From Balneolaceae bacterium (GTDB lineage Bacteria > Bacteroidota > Rhodothermia > Balneolales > Balneolaceae), in contig JBBDRW010000187.1 of the NCBI GenBank assembly GCA_040905265.1, forward strand, positions 1,993 through 65,992: DNA of 64,000 nucleotides, in the 5' to 3' direction. The stretch's first letter is position 1. Every line of letters begins with the position of its first letter. The notes beneath the pieces are model-generated. The model was given only the letters and a program-made list of their open reading frames with translations, was not told where the DNA came from and did no database searches. Below are positions 33,233-45,272 of the stretch, one piece after another. The position numbers and the translations under genes were made by a program.

Positions 33233-34240
33233 TCAGGATAACTTGTCGAGAAGGTTCCGGATGATGTCCACACTGTTCAGGCCTTCTGCTTCCGCCGCAT
33301 AGTTGGTTACAATTCGGTGTCTCAACACCGGTATGGCAAGCGCACGAATATCCTCAGATGTAACGTTCACCCTGCCGTGAGCCAACGCCCGTGCCTTTCC
33401 GCCAAGGATCAAAAACTGGGATGCACGGGGTCCGGCTCCCCAGCTCAGATATTTATTGACATAGTCATCCGCCATTTCGGTATTCGGACGTGTGTAGCTG
33501 ACAAGCCGGACTGCGCTATCCAGCACATTGTCCGGTACTGGAACTTCAAGTACGATCTGTTGAAGTTCCAGTATCTGTTCCCTGGTCAGGATCTGCTCAA
33601 CTTTTTCCTGCCGCAGAGCAGTTGTTTTACTGACGATTGTTTTCTCATCTTGAAAATCGGGATAGTCAAGCCAGAGATGAAACATGAACCGGTCAAGTTG
33701 TGCCTCCGGTAGTGGATAGGTGCCCTCCTGTTCAATCGGGTTCTGGGTAGCCAGAACAAAAAAGGGTTCTTCCAGCGGATACGTATGGCCTGCTGCCGTA
33801 ACGTGATACTCCTGCATTCCTTCCAGAAGTGCGGCCTGGGTTTTGGGTGGAGTCCGGTTGATTTCGTCGGCCAGAACGATATTTGCAAATACCGGCCCAC
33901 GTACAAATTTGAACTGTTTGTGCCCGCTCTGATGGTCCTCTTCTATGATCTCTGTACCGGTAATGTCTCCCGGCATCAGGTCCGGTGTAAACTGAATTCG
34001 GCTGAATGTAAGGTTAAGGCTTTCAGCAAGGGTTCGGATCAACAGTGTTTTGGCAAGTCCCGGTACCCCAACCAAAACACAGTGCCCCCTCGAAAAAAGT
34101 GCAATCAACAGCTGATCGATGATCTCAGTTTGCCCGACGACCGCTTTTCCGATTTCACTTTTTATTTTTTGATAGGACTCTGTAAAAAAGTCGACTGCTT
34201 CAACCGGGTCAGTTGTTGTCAACGGCGGTCTGGAGCTCAT
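33233..34240 (-). CDS. MoxR-family AAA+ ATPase
   Basis: GVPGLAKT Walker A, LADEINR Walker B, and the typical MoxR C-terminus (RASQFLILGGKARA...GR..V). Confidence 0.92.
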   Translation of the reverse strand: MSSRPPLTTTDPVEAVDFFTESYQKIKSEIGKAVVGQTEIIDQLLIALFSRGHCVLVGVPGLAKTLLIRTLAESLNLTFSRIQFTPDLMPGDITGTEIIEEDHQSGHKQFKFVRGPVFANIVLADEINRTPPKTQAALLEGMQEYHVTAAGHTYPLEEPFFVLATQNPIEQEGTYPLPEAQLDRFMFHLWLDYPDFQDEKTIVSKTTALRQEKVEQILTREQILELQQIVLEVPVPDNVLDSAVRLVSYTRPNTEMADDYVNKYLSWGAGPRASQFLILGGKARALAHGRVNVTSEDIRALAIPVLRHRIVTNYAAEAEGLNSVDIIRNLLDKLS

Positions 34241-35606
34241 GTAAATCTGGATTTGGTTCTTGAAATCTGGAGGGGATATCTATCTTGTATTCAATGTAAA
34301 TCTCATCCCTGAGGTCCTGTAACCACTGGGTAAAGACACGCATTCGCTTCTGTTCCAGTGCGATGTTCCGAATCCGGTCATAATCCTGTTCGAGATTGGC
34401 CTCGTGTTCTGGTACCAGCCGGTCAAGACGGACTATCCGGAAAGCGCGTTCTGCTGTTTGAGTCTGAGGATTAAATGCACGTGGTTCCGAAATTTCACCA
34501 GGTTCATTTAAAAGCAGGACGATTCGATAGAGTGCCGGGTCGAGTTGATTGATTGCAAGTAACCGGTTCAGGGATTGAGGATTCATCATCCGGCCTCCAA
34601 GGCCCCGTGTAAATTCATCATCTGAATGTTCTCGTGCCATTTCGGAAAATGAAGCACCGTGGTTCAGTACACTGTCCCGGATAGCGTTCAATTCCTGGAT
34701 AGCAGCTTCTTCATCCAGCCCCTCTTCATCAACTCGAATCAGTAAATTATTGGTGTCAATGTTTTCCCCGACTCTACGGTTCAGGCGAATGAGGTGATAT
34801 CCGAACGAGGTCTGCACCACTCCTGATATTCCGTCAGGTTCCAGTGCTGCTGCTGCAGCGGAATAGGAAGAGACCAGGTCGCTCATTGGAAGCATCCCGA
34901 GATGCCCGCCATCATCAGCATCCGGGCTGGAGCTGTGTCTGCGGGCCATCTCTTCGAATGAGGCACCCTGGTTAATAATAGAGTCTCGGATCGCTTCAAT
35001 TTTTTCAAGTGCCGCCTGTTCCGCATCAGCAAGTGGTGGAGGTATGATAACAATTTGTGAAAGAGCGACCTGTTCCGGTATTTGTGGAAGTGAATCGGCT
35101 GGAATACTGTTGAAAAACTCAACGACTTCCGGCCGGGTAATATCAACACTATTCAGCCTCTGCTGCTGCACCTGCTGGATCAGGAACTGTTCCCGGAATT
35201 GCTCCCGGTTTTCGGCACGGAGCTGCACGATGCTCTGCCCGAATTGTTGTTCCAGTGCTTCTTCACTTCCGGCCTGTTGTACAAGCTGTTGAATTCGATC
35301 ATCCATTTGCCGGTTTACAATATCATCCGAGACGGTTATGGAGTCGATCTCAGCTTTCTCAAGGAGGACATAGTTGTCAATCATCGACTCCATCACATTG
35401 TACCACAGATCTTCACTGAATTCTGCAGACTGGTTCTGCATTCTAAGTTCTCTCATATAGTTCCGGATCTGGTTGTCAACATCCGATTTGAGAAGGACGC
35501 GGTCATTGACCAGTGCGACAACGCGGTCGGAGAGCTCTGCGGACTGGGCAAACAGTGTAGGGGCAGAGATGAGCAGCAGAAAAAAAAGATGGATCAATGA
35601 CTTCAT
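34209..35606 (-). CDS. SurA-like periplasmic chaperone / parvulin-type PPIase
   Basis: Signal peptide, SurA N-domain, and two parvulin-like domains (FEEMARRHSSSPDADDGGHLG..., FSEMAREHSDD...GG). Confidence 0.85.
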   Translation of the reverse strand: MKSLIHLFFLLLISAPTLFAQSAELSDRVVALVNDRVLLKSDVDNQIRNYMRELRMQNQSAEFSEDLWYNVMESMIDNYVLLEKAEIDSITVSDDIVNRQMDDRIQQLVQQAGSEEALEQQFGQSIVQLRAENREQFREQFLIQQVQQQRLNSVDITRPEVVEFFNSIPADSLPQIPEQVALSQIVIIPPPLADAEQAALEKIEAIRDSIINQGASFEEMARRHSSSPDADDGGHLGMLPMSDLVSSYSAAAAALEPDGISGVVQTSFGYHLIRLNRRVGENIDTNNLLIRVDEEGLDEEAAIQELNAIRDSVLNHGASFSEMAREHSDDEFTRGLGGRMMNPQSLNRLLAINQLDPALYRIVLLLNEPGEISEPRAFNPQTQTAERAFRIVRLDRLVPEHEANLEQDYDRIRNIALEQKRMRVFTQWLQDLRDEIYIEYKIDIPSRFQEPNPDLHELQTAVDNN

Positions 35607-35616
35607 TGGGTCGGGA

Positions 35617-36516
35617 TCAATTGGATTCGATTTCGGTTACTGATGGTGTGAGCGTCGGTACTTCCCGAACGTTCACCTGTTCGATTTCATTGTTAGCGTC
35701 AGCCTGAAGATAAAGATTCCTTATATAGGAATTAAAAAGTCGCTGTTTTTTTTCCATTTTCAGCCACTCGACAATTTGACTGATCAACCAGTCGAGGTCG
35801 GGATGGTCACCCTCTTCCATCCGTTCCGTTAACTGGACGAAGTGAAAACCGTTCCCATGCTGGTGGATCGGAGTAATCTCCATAATACCAATCCGGTCCA
35901 TATACTGGTTCATAACCGGAATATCCGCGGCCGCCATCGAGACCGGAAAAAAATGTTCTGATTGACGCAGCTGAAGGCCGGGATTGATGCTGTACTGCTC
36001 TGTAACATCCGGCCATGAGATGCCACGAAGAAGCGCCTGCCGTGCATTCTCGGCGTCCGTCCGGGTTCGGGTTGTCAGATGTCGGAACTTGACATGCCGT
36101 TCATTCAGGACAAACCTGTCCTTGTGTGTTTCGTAATAGGCCTGAGCTTCCTCCCGGGTGACGTCAGTATCAGCATCGCTTTGGGAAAAAAGCATCTCGC
36201 GAAGGGCATTCTCAAGTAATTGTGAGCGCAGGCGTTCAAATCGCCGCTGTAGTTCGGGATTTTCATCCAGGCCGATTCTGAGGGCTTCCTGGAGAAGAAT
36301 TTGTCGGTCGATCCACGAAGATTGGTAGTTTTCCATCGCCTGCAGGGTATCCTGCTGCAATACAGATTTCGGAATTTCAGAAAGGGCTTGTTCCAGAGTC
36401 AGCACCTGATCTCCGACTCGCGCCAGTACTTCACTCTCTCTGTTTACATCACGATCACTGCAGCCGGCAATGACCAGACAGAGAATAAGGCATCGTAACA
36501 GAATTGTCATTCGCAT
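35617..36516 (-). CDS. SurA N-terminal domain / PpiC-like lipoprotein
   Basis: Lipobox VIAGCS and a SurA-N-like helical region. The PPIase core is degenerate. Confidence 0.7.
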   Translation of the reverse strand: MRMTILLRCLILCLVIAGCSDRDVNRESEVLARVGDQVLTLEQALSEIPKSVLQQDTLQAMENYQSSWIDRQILLQEALRIGLDENPELQRRFERLRSQLLENALREMLFSQSDADTDVTREEAQAYYETHKDRFVLNERHVKFRHLTTRTRTDAENARQALLRGISWPDVTEQYSINPGLQLRQSEHFFPVSMAAADIPVMNQYMDRIGIMEITPIHQHGNGFHFVQLTERMEEGDHPDLDWLISQIVEWLKMEKKQRLFNSYIRNLYLQADANNEIEQVNVREVPTLTPSVTEIESN

Positions 36517-36745
36517 ATCAGGTTTGGTAAACGGTTAAAACCGAAATCTGGTATCTCTGTGAAAATCTCCTAAAAATCTGATGCATCCAAATGGATTCAG
36601 AGGATTCCAAAAGCGGGACAGATCTGCAGATGATGCGTGTGTATTCCGGTTAGGGAGTTTACTTGTTCCTGCTTTCGAGTTGAACGAATGCATGCAGGTA
36701 TCTGAATGGTCTGTGAGAAACTTGCTGTACGATTTCGTACCTTTT

Positions 36746-36781
36746 TCAGGAGCCGGCCCGGTACACTTCTGACTTTTTTTT
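36746..36781 (+). terminator. orphan intrinsic-terminator-like hairpin plus T8 run in a 382-nt intergenic region
   Basis: TCAGGAG (36746-36752) pairs with CTTCTGA (36766-36772; one G-U) around a 13-nt GC-rich loop, then C-TTTTTTTT (36774-36781). There is no plus-strand gene upstream. Confidence 0.35.
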
Positions 36782-36898
36782 CGGAACAGAGTGTAATGCA
36801 AATCGCCAGAGTCAATTCTCTCCACAAGGCTCTCAGTACCAGGCATACTCCGAGATTCATCGGGATAATGACATGGGTCTCTTTCAGGAAAGTTAAAA

Positions 36899-37990
36899 GT
36901 GCAACAACGGATGACAGGATACAAGGAACGACTTGATGAACTTCACAAGGCGATCGGCAACTGGCTGCGGCCAGATAACCGGGAACTGCAAACTGCCATT
37001 GAGCGTACGGTGGATGAGAAGCTATTCACATTTCCTGATATCAAACATCAGATTCTCGCACTGAAAAAATCTGTGGAACATGGAGACCTGGACCGTTGGG
37101 TAGAGCGTCACAGGGAGAGCTTGCAACTGCCTGAAACCAAAAAGATAGTATCACTGCACGCCGGTAATCTTCCACTTGCAGGATTTCAGGATATTGTCGC
37201 AGTTCTTTTGTCGGGGTCATCCTATTTGGGAAAACTCTCCAGAAAGGATCCGTGGCTGCCGGAGTCTTTTCTGAAATCAGCTGAATCTGCCGGTCTGGAG
37301 CAGATAACGTGGTCTCTTAATCTTGACAGCCTTGCCGGTAGTGAAGCGGATGCCCTCATTTTTTCCGGTTCTCCAGTTTCGGTCGGTCCCGTACTCGATC
37401 AGGTGAGCGAGGACAATATTGTGAAACCTGATGCATCGACTTTAATCCGAACAGCACACTACTCTGTTGCCTGGGTTGGGGACCTGGAACCGAAAACGAT
37501 GAAGGATCTGACGGAAGCAGTGTTTCGATACGGAGGGAGAGGATGCCGCTCGGTTGCTGTGGTTGTTTCACCCTATCCGCTGAGAGAGATCTCCTGTTCA
37601 TTCACTGATTATGTGGAAGCCTATTGGCTTCAGAATCCGCAATTGCTTTCGCCGCCTCCTGCCCTGGCACAGAGAGCGGCATACAACAGGGCCATTGGCC
37701 TGGAATACAGCTGGCTGGATCAGTTTCTGATCGAAGAGAGAGAGGAGGTGCCGGAAGAGAATTTTATCCTCTCCTGGATAGAAGGCGGCCCGGAACGGAT
37801 GAAACAGTTCATAGAGAGTAACCGACAGGGGCTGCAAACGGTCTATCTGCCGGCCGGAACATCCCCGGAGATACTCCGGGGTGCCGGTGTAACACCGGAG
37901 TGGCTGTATACGGCGCAGAGACCGTCCATTGACTGGAAACCGGACGGTGTAGATACTATCGGATGGCTTCTTGAGGTGTTTCAGGGATGA
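36899..37990 (+). CDS. acyl-CoA reductase-like protein (LuxC family)
   Basis: The size and the GGRGCRSVAVVVSP segment resemble the G.GCRNVSK motif of FCB-group LuxC-like proteins. An ATG at 36911 is an alternative start. Confidence 0.55.
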   Translation: MQQRMTGYKERLDELHKAIGNWLRPDNRELQTAIERTVDEKLFTFPDIKHQILALKKSVEHGDLDRWVERHRESLQLPETKKIVSLHAGNLPLAGFQDIVAVLLSGSSYLGKLSRKDPWLPESFLKSAESAGLEQITWSLNLDSLAGSEADALIFSGSPVSVGPVLDQVSEDNIVKPDASTLIRTAHYSVAWVGDLEPKTMKDLTEAVFRYGGRGCRSVAVVVSPYPLREISCSFTDYVEAYWLQNPQLLSPPPALAQRAAYNRAIGLEYSWLDQFLIEEREEVPEENFILSWIEGGPERMKQFIESNRQGLQTVYLPAGTSPEILRGAGVTPEWLYTAQRPSIDWKPDGVDTIGWLLEVFQG

Positions 37991-38097
37991 GATAGAGCTG
38001 CGCCTGCACTTATCAGATGACAAGTACGCATCGGTGTGCCGGTCCTTTCCGAAAACGAATTCCCGCGCTGTGAAAAGGCCGTCAGAGTGAGGAACAC

Positions 38098-39840
38098 TCA
38101 CTCATAAATGTAGTCTGCAAAGTGCCAGTCATCAATCGAATCCCGCTCCAGATCTTCCCCGGTCAGAATCGACTTGACCATTCGGATCGGAATCCGGTTC
38201 TCTTTCAAAATCGTATCGTGAAACTCCTTTGCCGTCATTTGGCCGGTATCAACCAGATCTTTGTAGAGAGCGTGGATCTGCATTCCACCGATCATATAGG
38301 CGATCTGGTAAAGGGGGCCGTAATTACCCATAAAGGAGCGGCGAACTTCCGCTTCTGCATTTGCATACTCATGTCCAACCCGTTCGACCAGATAATCGAT
38401 GCTCTGTTGCGGGGTCCAGTTTCCGAGATGATAATTCAGCGAGAAGATAATTCTTGCATAGCGGTGAGTTCTCCAGAAAAGCATTCCGATCCGGTCTTCC
38501 GGTGTTTCGGCAAACCCCTCATCCCAAAGCAGCATCTCCCAATAGAGTGCCCATCCCTCTCCCCAGAATGAAGTACTGAAGGGGCTCCTGTAGGTCTTGT
38601 AACGGCGAGTCATGAATTGCTGCAGGTGATGTCCGGGTATCAGCTCATGTTGAACCGTTGCCCGGTTGAAGTGAGGATTGTTCCCCCTCAGGCTCATCAT
38701 CTTGGCGTTGTGTTCCATCGTATTTGTCGGGTAGGATATACTGATCTGTTCGCCTCCCGTAAAAAAGGGGTTGATCAGTTGTCGCTGAGGAGACATCATC
38801 CCCATTCGCCAGGTCTCTCTGGCGAGTTCCGGGATCGTTATGAGGTCTCTCTCCTCTATAAATTCAACGGATTGATTATGGAGTTCAAGAATCAGTTCCG
38901 GTTTTCGTCCCGGCTCCACATGTTGTTGTTTCACATACTCCAGCGCATCGAGCCAGTTGTCATACCCGAGCTCTTCGGCCGCCCTCATCATCTCCACTTC
39001 CGCTTTTGCAAACTGATGTTCTGCGATTTCGATCAGCTCTTCCGGGGTATAGATAATCATTTCGAACTCCAGCCTTCGGATGATCTCATCCCGGCCGATC
39101 GGATTGCCTACGATACCGCTGTCATCGAGCTGTTCCGCATCTGCGTCAAAGTGTTCGGATACAAACTCTTCATAATCCCGAAGTGCCCCATCCAGTTGTT
39201 CCCAGGGGCGTTCGACCCACCATGTAAACTCAATATCATACCCGTAGTAAAATTCATAGGCATCTTCAAGGCTGTTCCGAATATCACTTACAGCATCATT
39301 GATGGTGATTGTTTCGTGTCGCATCAGCGGCCCGTGCTCATCAAGACGGGTTTTCAGGGATTCTATATCTGATGTCCATTCGTGCATACGGGTTGCTATC
39401 TCCCTGGCATCCGGTTTTGTCCCGACTCTCCGCTCCTGAATAAACTCAAGCATTCCATCGATATTCGGCAGCCACTCTTGTACCGAATGGATCCGGTCTC
39501 TGGAAGCTTCCAGAAAGTAACTGGATCGGTTGATGAGGTTTTGAAGCAGTTTGTAATCAACTTTGGAGTCGTGGCTCAGGTTTTGGAAATCGATTGTCTC
39601 CATACGGTCTGTCCACTCCCGGTAAAAACGTTCAAAGCGGTCGAAATACTCGTCTGAATTGCGGACATTGTACTTCCTGTTCAGGGCTCCCTGATCCTGC
39701 TGGAATGTTTCGATCAGTAGCGGAAGCGCATTCTCGTCAGTTTGGGACTGTGCAGCCAGCCCAGCCGGCTGAAGCGTCCAAACGATAAGAAGCAGACAGC
39801 CGGGGAGCAGTCGGAAGATCCGGGTTGTTGATAGACTCAT
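38098..39840 (-). CDS. DUF885 family protein (metallopeptidase-like fold)
   Basis: HELIPGHHLQ motif, 580 aa, signal peptide. Confidence 0.85.
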   Translation of the reverse strand: MSLSTTRIFRLLPGCLLLIVWTLQPAGLAAQSQTDENALPLLIETFQQDQGALNRKYNVRNSDEYFDRFERFYREWTDRMETIDFQNLSHDSKVDYKLLQNLINRSSYFLEASRDRIHSVQEWLPNIDGMLEFIQERRVGTKPDAREIATRMHEWTSDIESLKTRLDEHGPLMRHETITINDAVSDIRNSLEDAYEFYYGYDIEFTWWVERPWEQLDGALRDYEEFVSEHFDADAEQLDDSGIVGNPIGRDEIIRRLEFEMIIYTPEELIEIAEHQFAKAEVEMMRAAEELGYDNWLDALEYVKQQHVEPGRKPELILELHNQSVEFIEERDLITIPELARETWRMGMMSPQRQLINPFFTGGEQISISYPTNTMEHNAKMMSLRGNNPHFNRATVQHELIPGHHLQQFMTRRYKTYRSPFSTSFWGEGWALYWEMLLWDEGFAETPEDRIGMLFWRTHRYARIIFSLNYHLGNWTPQQSIDYLVERVGHEYANAEAEVRRSFMGNYGPLYQIAYMIGGMQIHALYKDLVDTGQMTAKEFHDTILKENRIPIRMVKSILTGEDLERDSIDDWHFADYIYE

Positions 39841-40053
39841 GAGAAACAGATATGATGGATATTAGTGAAACCGCAATTAATCATATATTTCTCTAAAGTC
39901 ACAGTGAAGAAGTGTAAAAAACCGCAATTGTATCAAGAGTTAAAAAAAAATTATCAACCGGCTGGTAGCTGCCAGATTCTTTCTGTCTGAAACTGAAACA
40001 GCTGGTATGTCGTGTCCGCAGACAGGTTCATTGAAATGAAACGTGCCTTTCTA

Positions 40054-40081
40054 TTGACAACCCTGTATCTTTCAATACAAT
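40054..40081 (+). promoter_or_regulatory. candidate sigma70-like promoter upstream of leuS
   Basis: TTGACA-16 nt-TACAAT, 83 nt upstream of the leuS ATG. FCB-group promoters often differ from this consensus, so this is weak. Confidence 0.3.
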
Positions 40082-40163
40082 ACCAGCCTGGGATACGGAA
40101 CTGTATCATCTCCATTCCTCCAAATAATGATTAACATTTCAGTAATACAGACGAAGCGGATTC

Positions 40164-42596
40164 ATGAGCGTTTACGACCCCAAAAACATTGAGACCCGGT
40201 GGCAATCTTATTGGTTGAAAAACAGAACATTCAAGACTCCGGAAGACCATGAGAAGCCGAAGTATTACGTACTCGATATGTTTCCCTACCCGAGCGGTTC
40301 CGGACTACATGTAGGACATCCTGAAGGGTATACAGCGACGGACATTCTGGCCCGTTATAAACGGATGAAGGGTCACAATGTGCTCCACCCGATCGGCTGG
40401 GATGCATTTGGCCTTCCTGCCGAACAGTACGCAATTCGAACGGGGACTCATCCCAGGGATACAACTCAAAAAAATATCAAGCGATTTCGGGAACAGCTTC
40501 AGATGCTCGGTTTCTCCTATGACTGGGACAGGGAGGTGAATACAACCGACCCGAACTATTACAAATGGACACAGTGGATTTTTCTGAAGCTGTATGAAAA
40601 AGGGCTCGCCTATCAGGACGAGGTAGCGGTAAACTGGTGTCCGGAGCTGGGCACCGTACTTGCCAATGAAGAGGTCATTGACGGAAAAAGCGAAGTGGGT
40701 GGATTCCCTGTCATCCGAAAGCCGATGCGTCAATGGGTATTGAAGATTACTGAGTATGCCGAGAAACTGCTTGATGGGCTGAATGAACTCGACTGGCCGG
40801 ATTCACTCAAAGAGATGCAGAGGAACTGGATCGGGAAATCGATCGGTGCTGAAATCGATTTTGAGATTCCAGGTTCAGATGGAAAGAAGATCCGGGTATT
40901 TACAACCCGCCCGGACACACTCTTTGGTGCGACCTATATGGTGCTGGCACCGGAACACCACCTGGTCGATCATTTGACAACGGAGAGCCAGCGTAAAGCT
41001 GTCGAATCCTATAAAGAGAAGGCGGCAAGGAAGTCTGACCTGGAGAGACAGGAGCTGGACAAGGAGAAGACGGGTGTATTTACCGGAGGCTATACAGTCA
41101 ATCCGGTAAATGGAGATAAGATTCCGGTCTGGGTAGCCGATTATGTCCTGGTACATTATGGAACCGGTGCGATCATGGCGGTTCCCGGCGAAGATGAACG
41201 GGACTGGGAATTTGCAGAAAAATTTGACCTTCCGATTATTCGAACCGTTCAACCGCCGGAGGGGTTTGACGGGAAGGCCTGGACCGGAGACGGCCCCTCT
41301 GTCAACAGCGGCTTTCTGGACGGACTCCATATTGAGGAGGCGAAACAGAAAATGATTCAATGGCTGGAGAAGGAGGGGGCCGGTGCGAAGAGTGTCAATT
41401 ACAAGTTACGTGACTGGCTCTTCTCCAGACAGAGATACTGGGGGGAACCGTTCCCGATTCTCCATGTAGATGGAGAGGCGCGGCCGGTTCAGGAAGAGCA
41501 GCTGCCGGTTGAACTTCCCGATATGGATGACTTCAAACCGACCGGAACCGGAGAGCCACCGCTTGCAAAAGCGAAGGATTGGGTCCGGACCGAAGTTCCC
41601 GATACGGGAGAGGCGGCTCTTCGGGAGACAAATACCATGCCGCAGTGGGCAGGGTCCTGCTGGTATTACCTTCGATATATCAGCCCGGAGTTTGATGGCG
41701 GGCCGGTAGACCCGGATGAAGAGAAGTACTGGATGCCGGTTGACCTCTATGTCGGTGGTGCTGAACACGCCGTACTACACCTTCTCTATGCCAGGTTCTG
41801 GCACAAGGTACTTTACGACTGCGGTGTGGTTTCGACCCGGGAGCCGTTTCAGAAACTGGTGAACCAGGGGATGATTCTGGGGCCGGATGGACAGCGGATG
41901 TCCAAATCAAGAGGAAATGTGGTGAACCCGGACGACATCATCGATGAGTATGGTGCCGATGCATTTCGCATGTATGAGATGTTCATGGGGCCGCTGGAGC
42001 AAGTCAAACCGTGGAATACAAAAGGGGTGGAGGGAGTTTACCGGTTTCTTCAGAGAGTCTGGAGGTTGTTTGTAGATGAACGTTCAGAGGGGCCTGGTGA
42101 GAAGGTTACAGAAGAGGAGCCGAACAGGGAGCAGCTGAAAACACTCCATGAAGCGATACGTAAATCCGGAAGTGATATACAGGAGATGAGATTCAACACA
42201 GCAATCTCATCACTCATGATATTTATCAATGAGGCGTATCAATGGGAGACAGTTCCCAAAGCTGTTGTAGAGCCTTTCATTCTGCTTTTGTCACCCTTTG
42301 CCCCGCATATATCAGAAGAAATTTGGAGGCTATTTGGCCATTCAGAGAGCCTTGCTTACGAGTCCTGGCCGGTATTTAAAGAAGAGTATCTGATTGAGGA
42401 GAGTGTAAACTATCCGATCCAGATCAACGGAAAAGTGCGGGGAGAGATTGATGTTCCGGCTGGCAAGGCAAAGGACCGGGAGTATGTACTGGAGATGGCG
42501 AAACGTGCAAAGAATGTAAACCGGTATCTGGAGGAGGGAGCAATTGTCAAGGAGATATTCGTTCCGGAGCGGATCGTGAACATCGTTATAAAGTAA
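40164..42596 (+). CDS. leuS: leucine--tRNA ligase
   Basis: HVGHPEGY (HIGH) and RMSKSRGN (KMSKS) motifs, with the CP1 editing domain. Confidence 0.97.
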   Translation: MSVYDPKNIETRWQSYWLKNRTFKTPEDHEKPKYYVLDMFPYPSGSGLHVGHPEGYTATDILARYKRMKGHNVLHPIGWDAFGLPAEQYAIRTGTHPRDTTQKNIKRFREQLQMLGFSYDWDREVNTTDPNYYKWTQWIFLKLYEKGLAYQDEVAVNWCPELGTVLANEEVIDGKSEVGGFPVIRKPMRQWVLKITEYAEKLLDGLNELDWPDSLKEMQRNWIGKSIGAEIDFEIPGSDGKKIRVFTTRPDTLFGATYMVLAPEHHLVDHLTTESQRKAVESYKEKAARKSDLERQELDKEKTGVFTGGYTVNPVNGDKIPVWVADYVLVHYGTGAIMAVPGEDERDWEFAEKFDLPIIRTVQPPEGFDGKAWTGDGPSVNSGFLDGLHIEEAKQKMIQWLEKEGAGAKSVNYKLRDWLFSRQRYWGEPFPILHVDGEARPVQEEQLPVELPDMDDFKPTGTGEPPLAKAKDWVRTEVPDTGEAALRETNTMPQWAGSCWYYLRYISPEFDGGPVDPDEEKYWMPVDLYVGGAEHAVLHLLYARFWHKVLYDCGVVSTREPFQKLVNQGMILGPDGQRMSKSRGNVVNPDDIIDEYGADAFRMYEMFMGPLEQVKPWNTKGVEGVYRFLQRVWRLFVDERSEGPGEKVTEEEPNREQLKTLHEAIRKSGSDIQEMRFNTAISSLMIFINEAYQWETVPKAVVEPFILLLSPFAPHISEEIWRLFGHSESLAYESWPVFKEEYLIEESVNYPIQINGKVRGEIDVPAGKAKDREYVLEMAKRAKNVNRYLEEGAIVKEIFVPERIVNIVIK

Positions 42597-42680
42597 AGGA
42601 ATGTATTCTCCCAATTGCATCTGGCTCGGTGATTGGGTAACTTTGGACGCTATACCAAAAAGGATATATACATACGATAA

Positions 42681-44204
<1,524 letters not shown>

Positions 44205-44237
44205 ACCTCAGTATTTTCAGAGACAAGCGATACAACT

Positions 44238-44507
44238 ATGCCCAAATCATTTCATGCCCAGATTCTGACACCGTCCGGCAAGCTGTTTGACGGTGAAGTA
44301 ACCGGGGTTCAGCTTCCTGGAGCCGAGGGCCGGTTCGAAGTTCTATACGGCCATGCAAAGATCGTATCGATTCTGGATGCCGGCCAGGTACGAATCCGTG
44401 TTCCCGGTAAAGAGGACAGACTCTTTGATGTGGAAGGGGGGGTGGTTGAGGTAGAGGATAACCAGTTGACTCTTCTCGCTGAATCAGCGGCTGTTGCCGC
44501 CGGTTAA
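44238..44507 (+). CDS. atpC: F0F1 ATP synthase subunit epsilon (short form, beta-sandwich only)
   Basis: Lies directly after atpD. The N-terminal domain pattern (ILTPSGKLFDGEV..V.LPG.EG.FEVL..HA) is present, and the C-terminal helical hairpin is absent (89 aa). Confidence 0.85.
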   Translation: MPKSFHAQILTPSGKLFDGEVTGVQLPGAEGRFEVLYGHAKIVSILDAGQVRIRVPGKEDRLFDVEGGVVEVEDNQLTLLAESAAVAAG

Positions 44508-45212
44508 CAACGCTTCTCGTTTTTCACGGAAGGCATCCATCTGAGAGGAGAGGATATATTCGAGCTTTTTACGCTCTCCGGCCGGGATTGAGGTGATGAA
44601 ATTCCGGATCTTTTTACTCTCTGAATCACCATCGATCTGTAAATATTCGATGAGCAGAGCCTCTTCAGAGACCCACCTCCATGCTATCACCCGGCTCCAG
44701 GGAATCCAACGGTCCAGGTGGAGTATTCCGGATATTCGAAATTCAGGTACCAGTCTGAGAGTCCAGCCAAATAATCCTGCTGCTATGATAGAGAGGCCGG
44801 ATGTAAGACGGATTCCGGTAACCGGTAGTTCCGTCAGGACGGCAGTTCGATAGAGGCCGAAGAGAATAAGTACAATAGCAGCAAGATTTGGAGCGTGATC
44901 TGTCCAGAATGAACGGTGTATATAGAGAATCCGGCCCCTCTGTAATCGGTATGAGGAGAGCCGGACGGCTGAGCCGAGAATGAAACCGGCTGTCAGGCTA
45001 TAGAGAACCATCATGAAAGGTGCCGCTATCACCTGGGTGAAATATCCGGCGGCCCAGGCAATCATCAAGACAGTAAAGCCCAGCAACAGCATCAGGATTC
45101 CGTTCAGCAAGAAGCGGGGGGTGATCTGGTCTATAGTACCTTGTCTGCGGTATCCGATGGTACCGGCAATCAGAACAGAGACGAAACAAATCAGGTAAAT
45201 GATCGATTGCAT
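44484..45212 (-). CDS. hypothetical polytopic membrane protein
   Basis: About 5 TM helices plus a soluble C-terminal domain. Start trimmed to ATG 45212 (MQSIIYL). It overlaps atpC convergently by 24 nt. Confidence 0.6.
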   Translation of the reverse strand: MQSIIYLICFVSVLIAGTIGYRRQGTIDQITPRFLLNGILMLLLGFTVLMIAWAAGYFTQVIAAPFMMVLYSLTAGFILGSAVRLSSYRLQRGRILYIHRSFWTDHAPNLAAIVLILFGLYRTAVLTELPVTGIRLTSGLSIIAAGLFGWTLRLVPEFRISGILHLDRWIPWSRVIAWRWVSEEALLIEYLQIDGDSESKKIRNFITSIPAGERKKLEYILSSQMDAFREKREALLTGGNSR

Positions 45213-45272
45213 GTATGCAAATGTTGTAAGAGTACTGTTCTGAATCCTTTGACTATAGAATATCAAAAACCT

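Noticed and set aside
39841-40163. A possible T-box or other leader upstream of leuS.
   Set aside because: I found no T-box consensus sequence, specifier-loop arrangement or terminator/antiterminator pair. There are only a short 7-bp hairpin and a sigma70-like hexamer pair.
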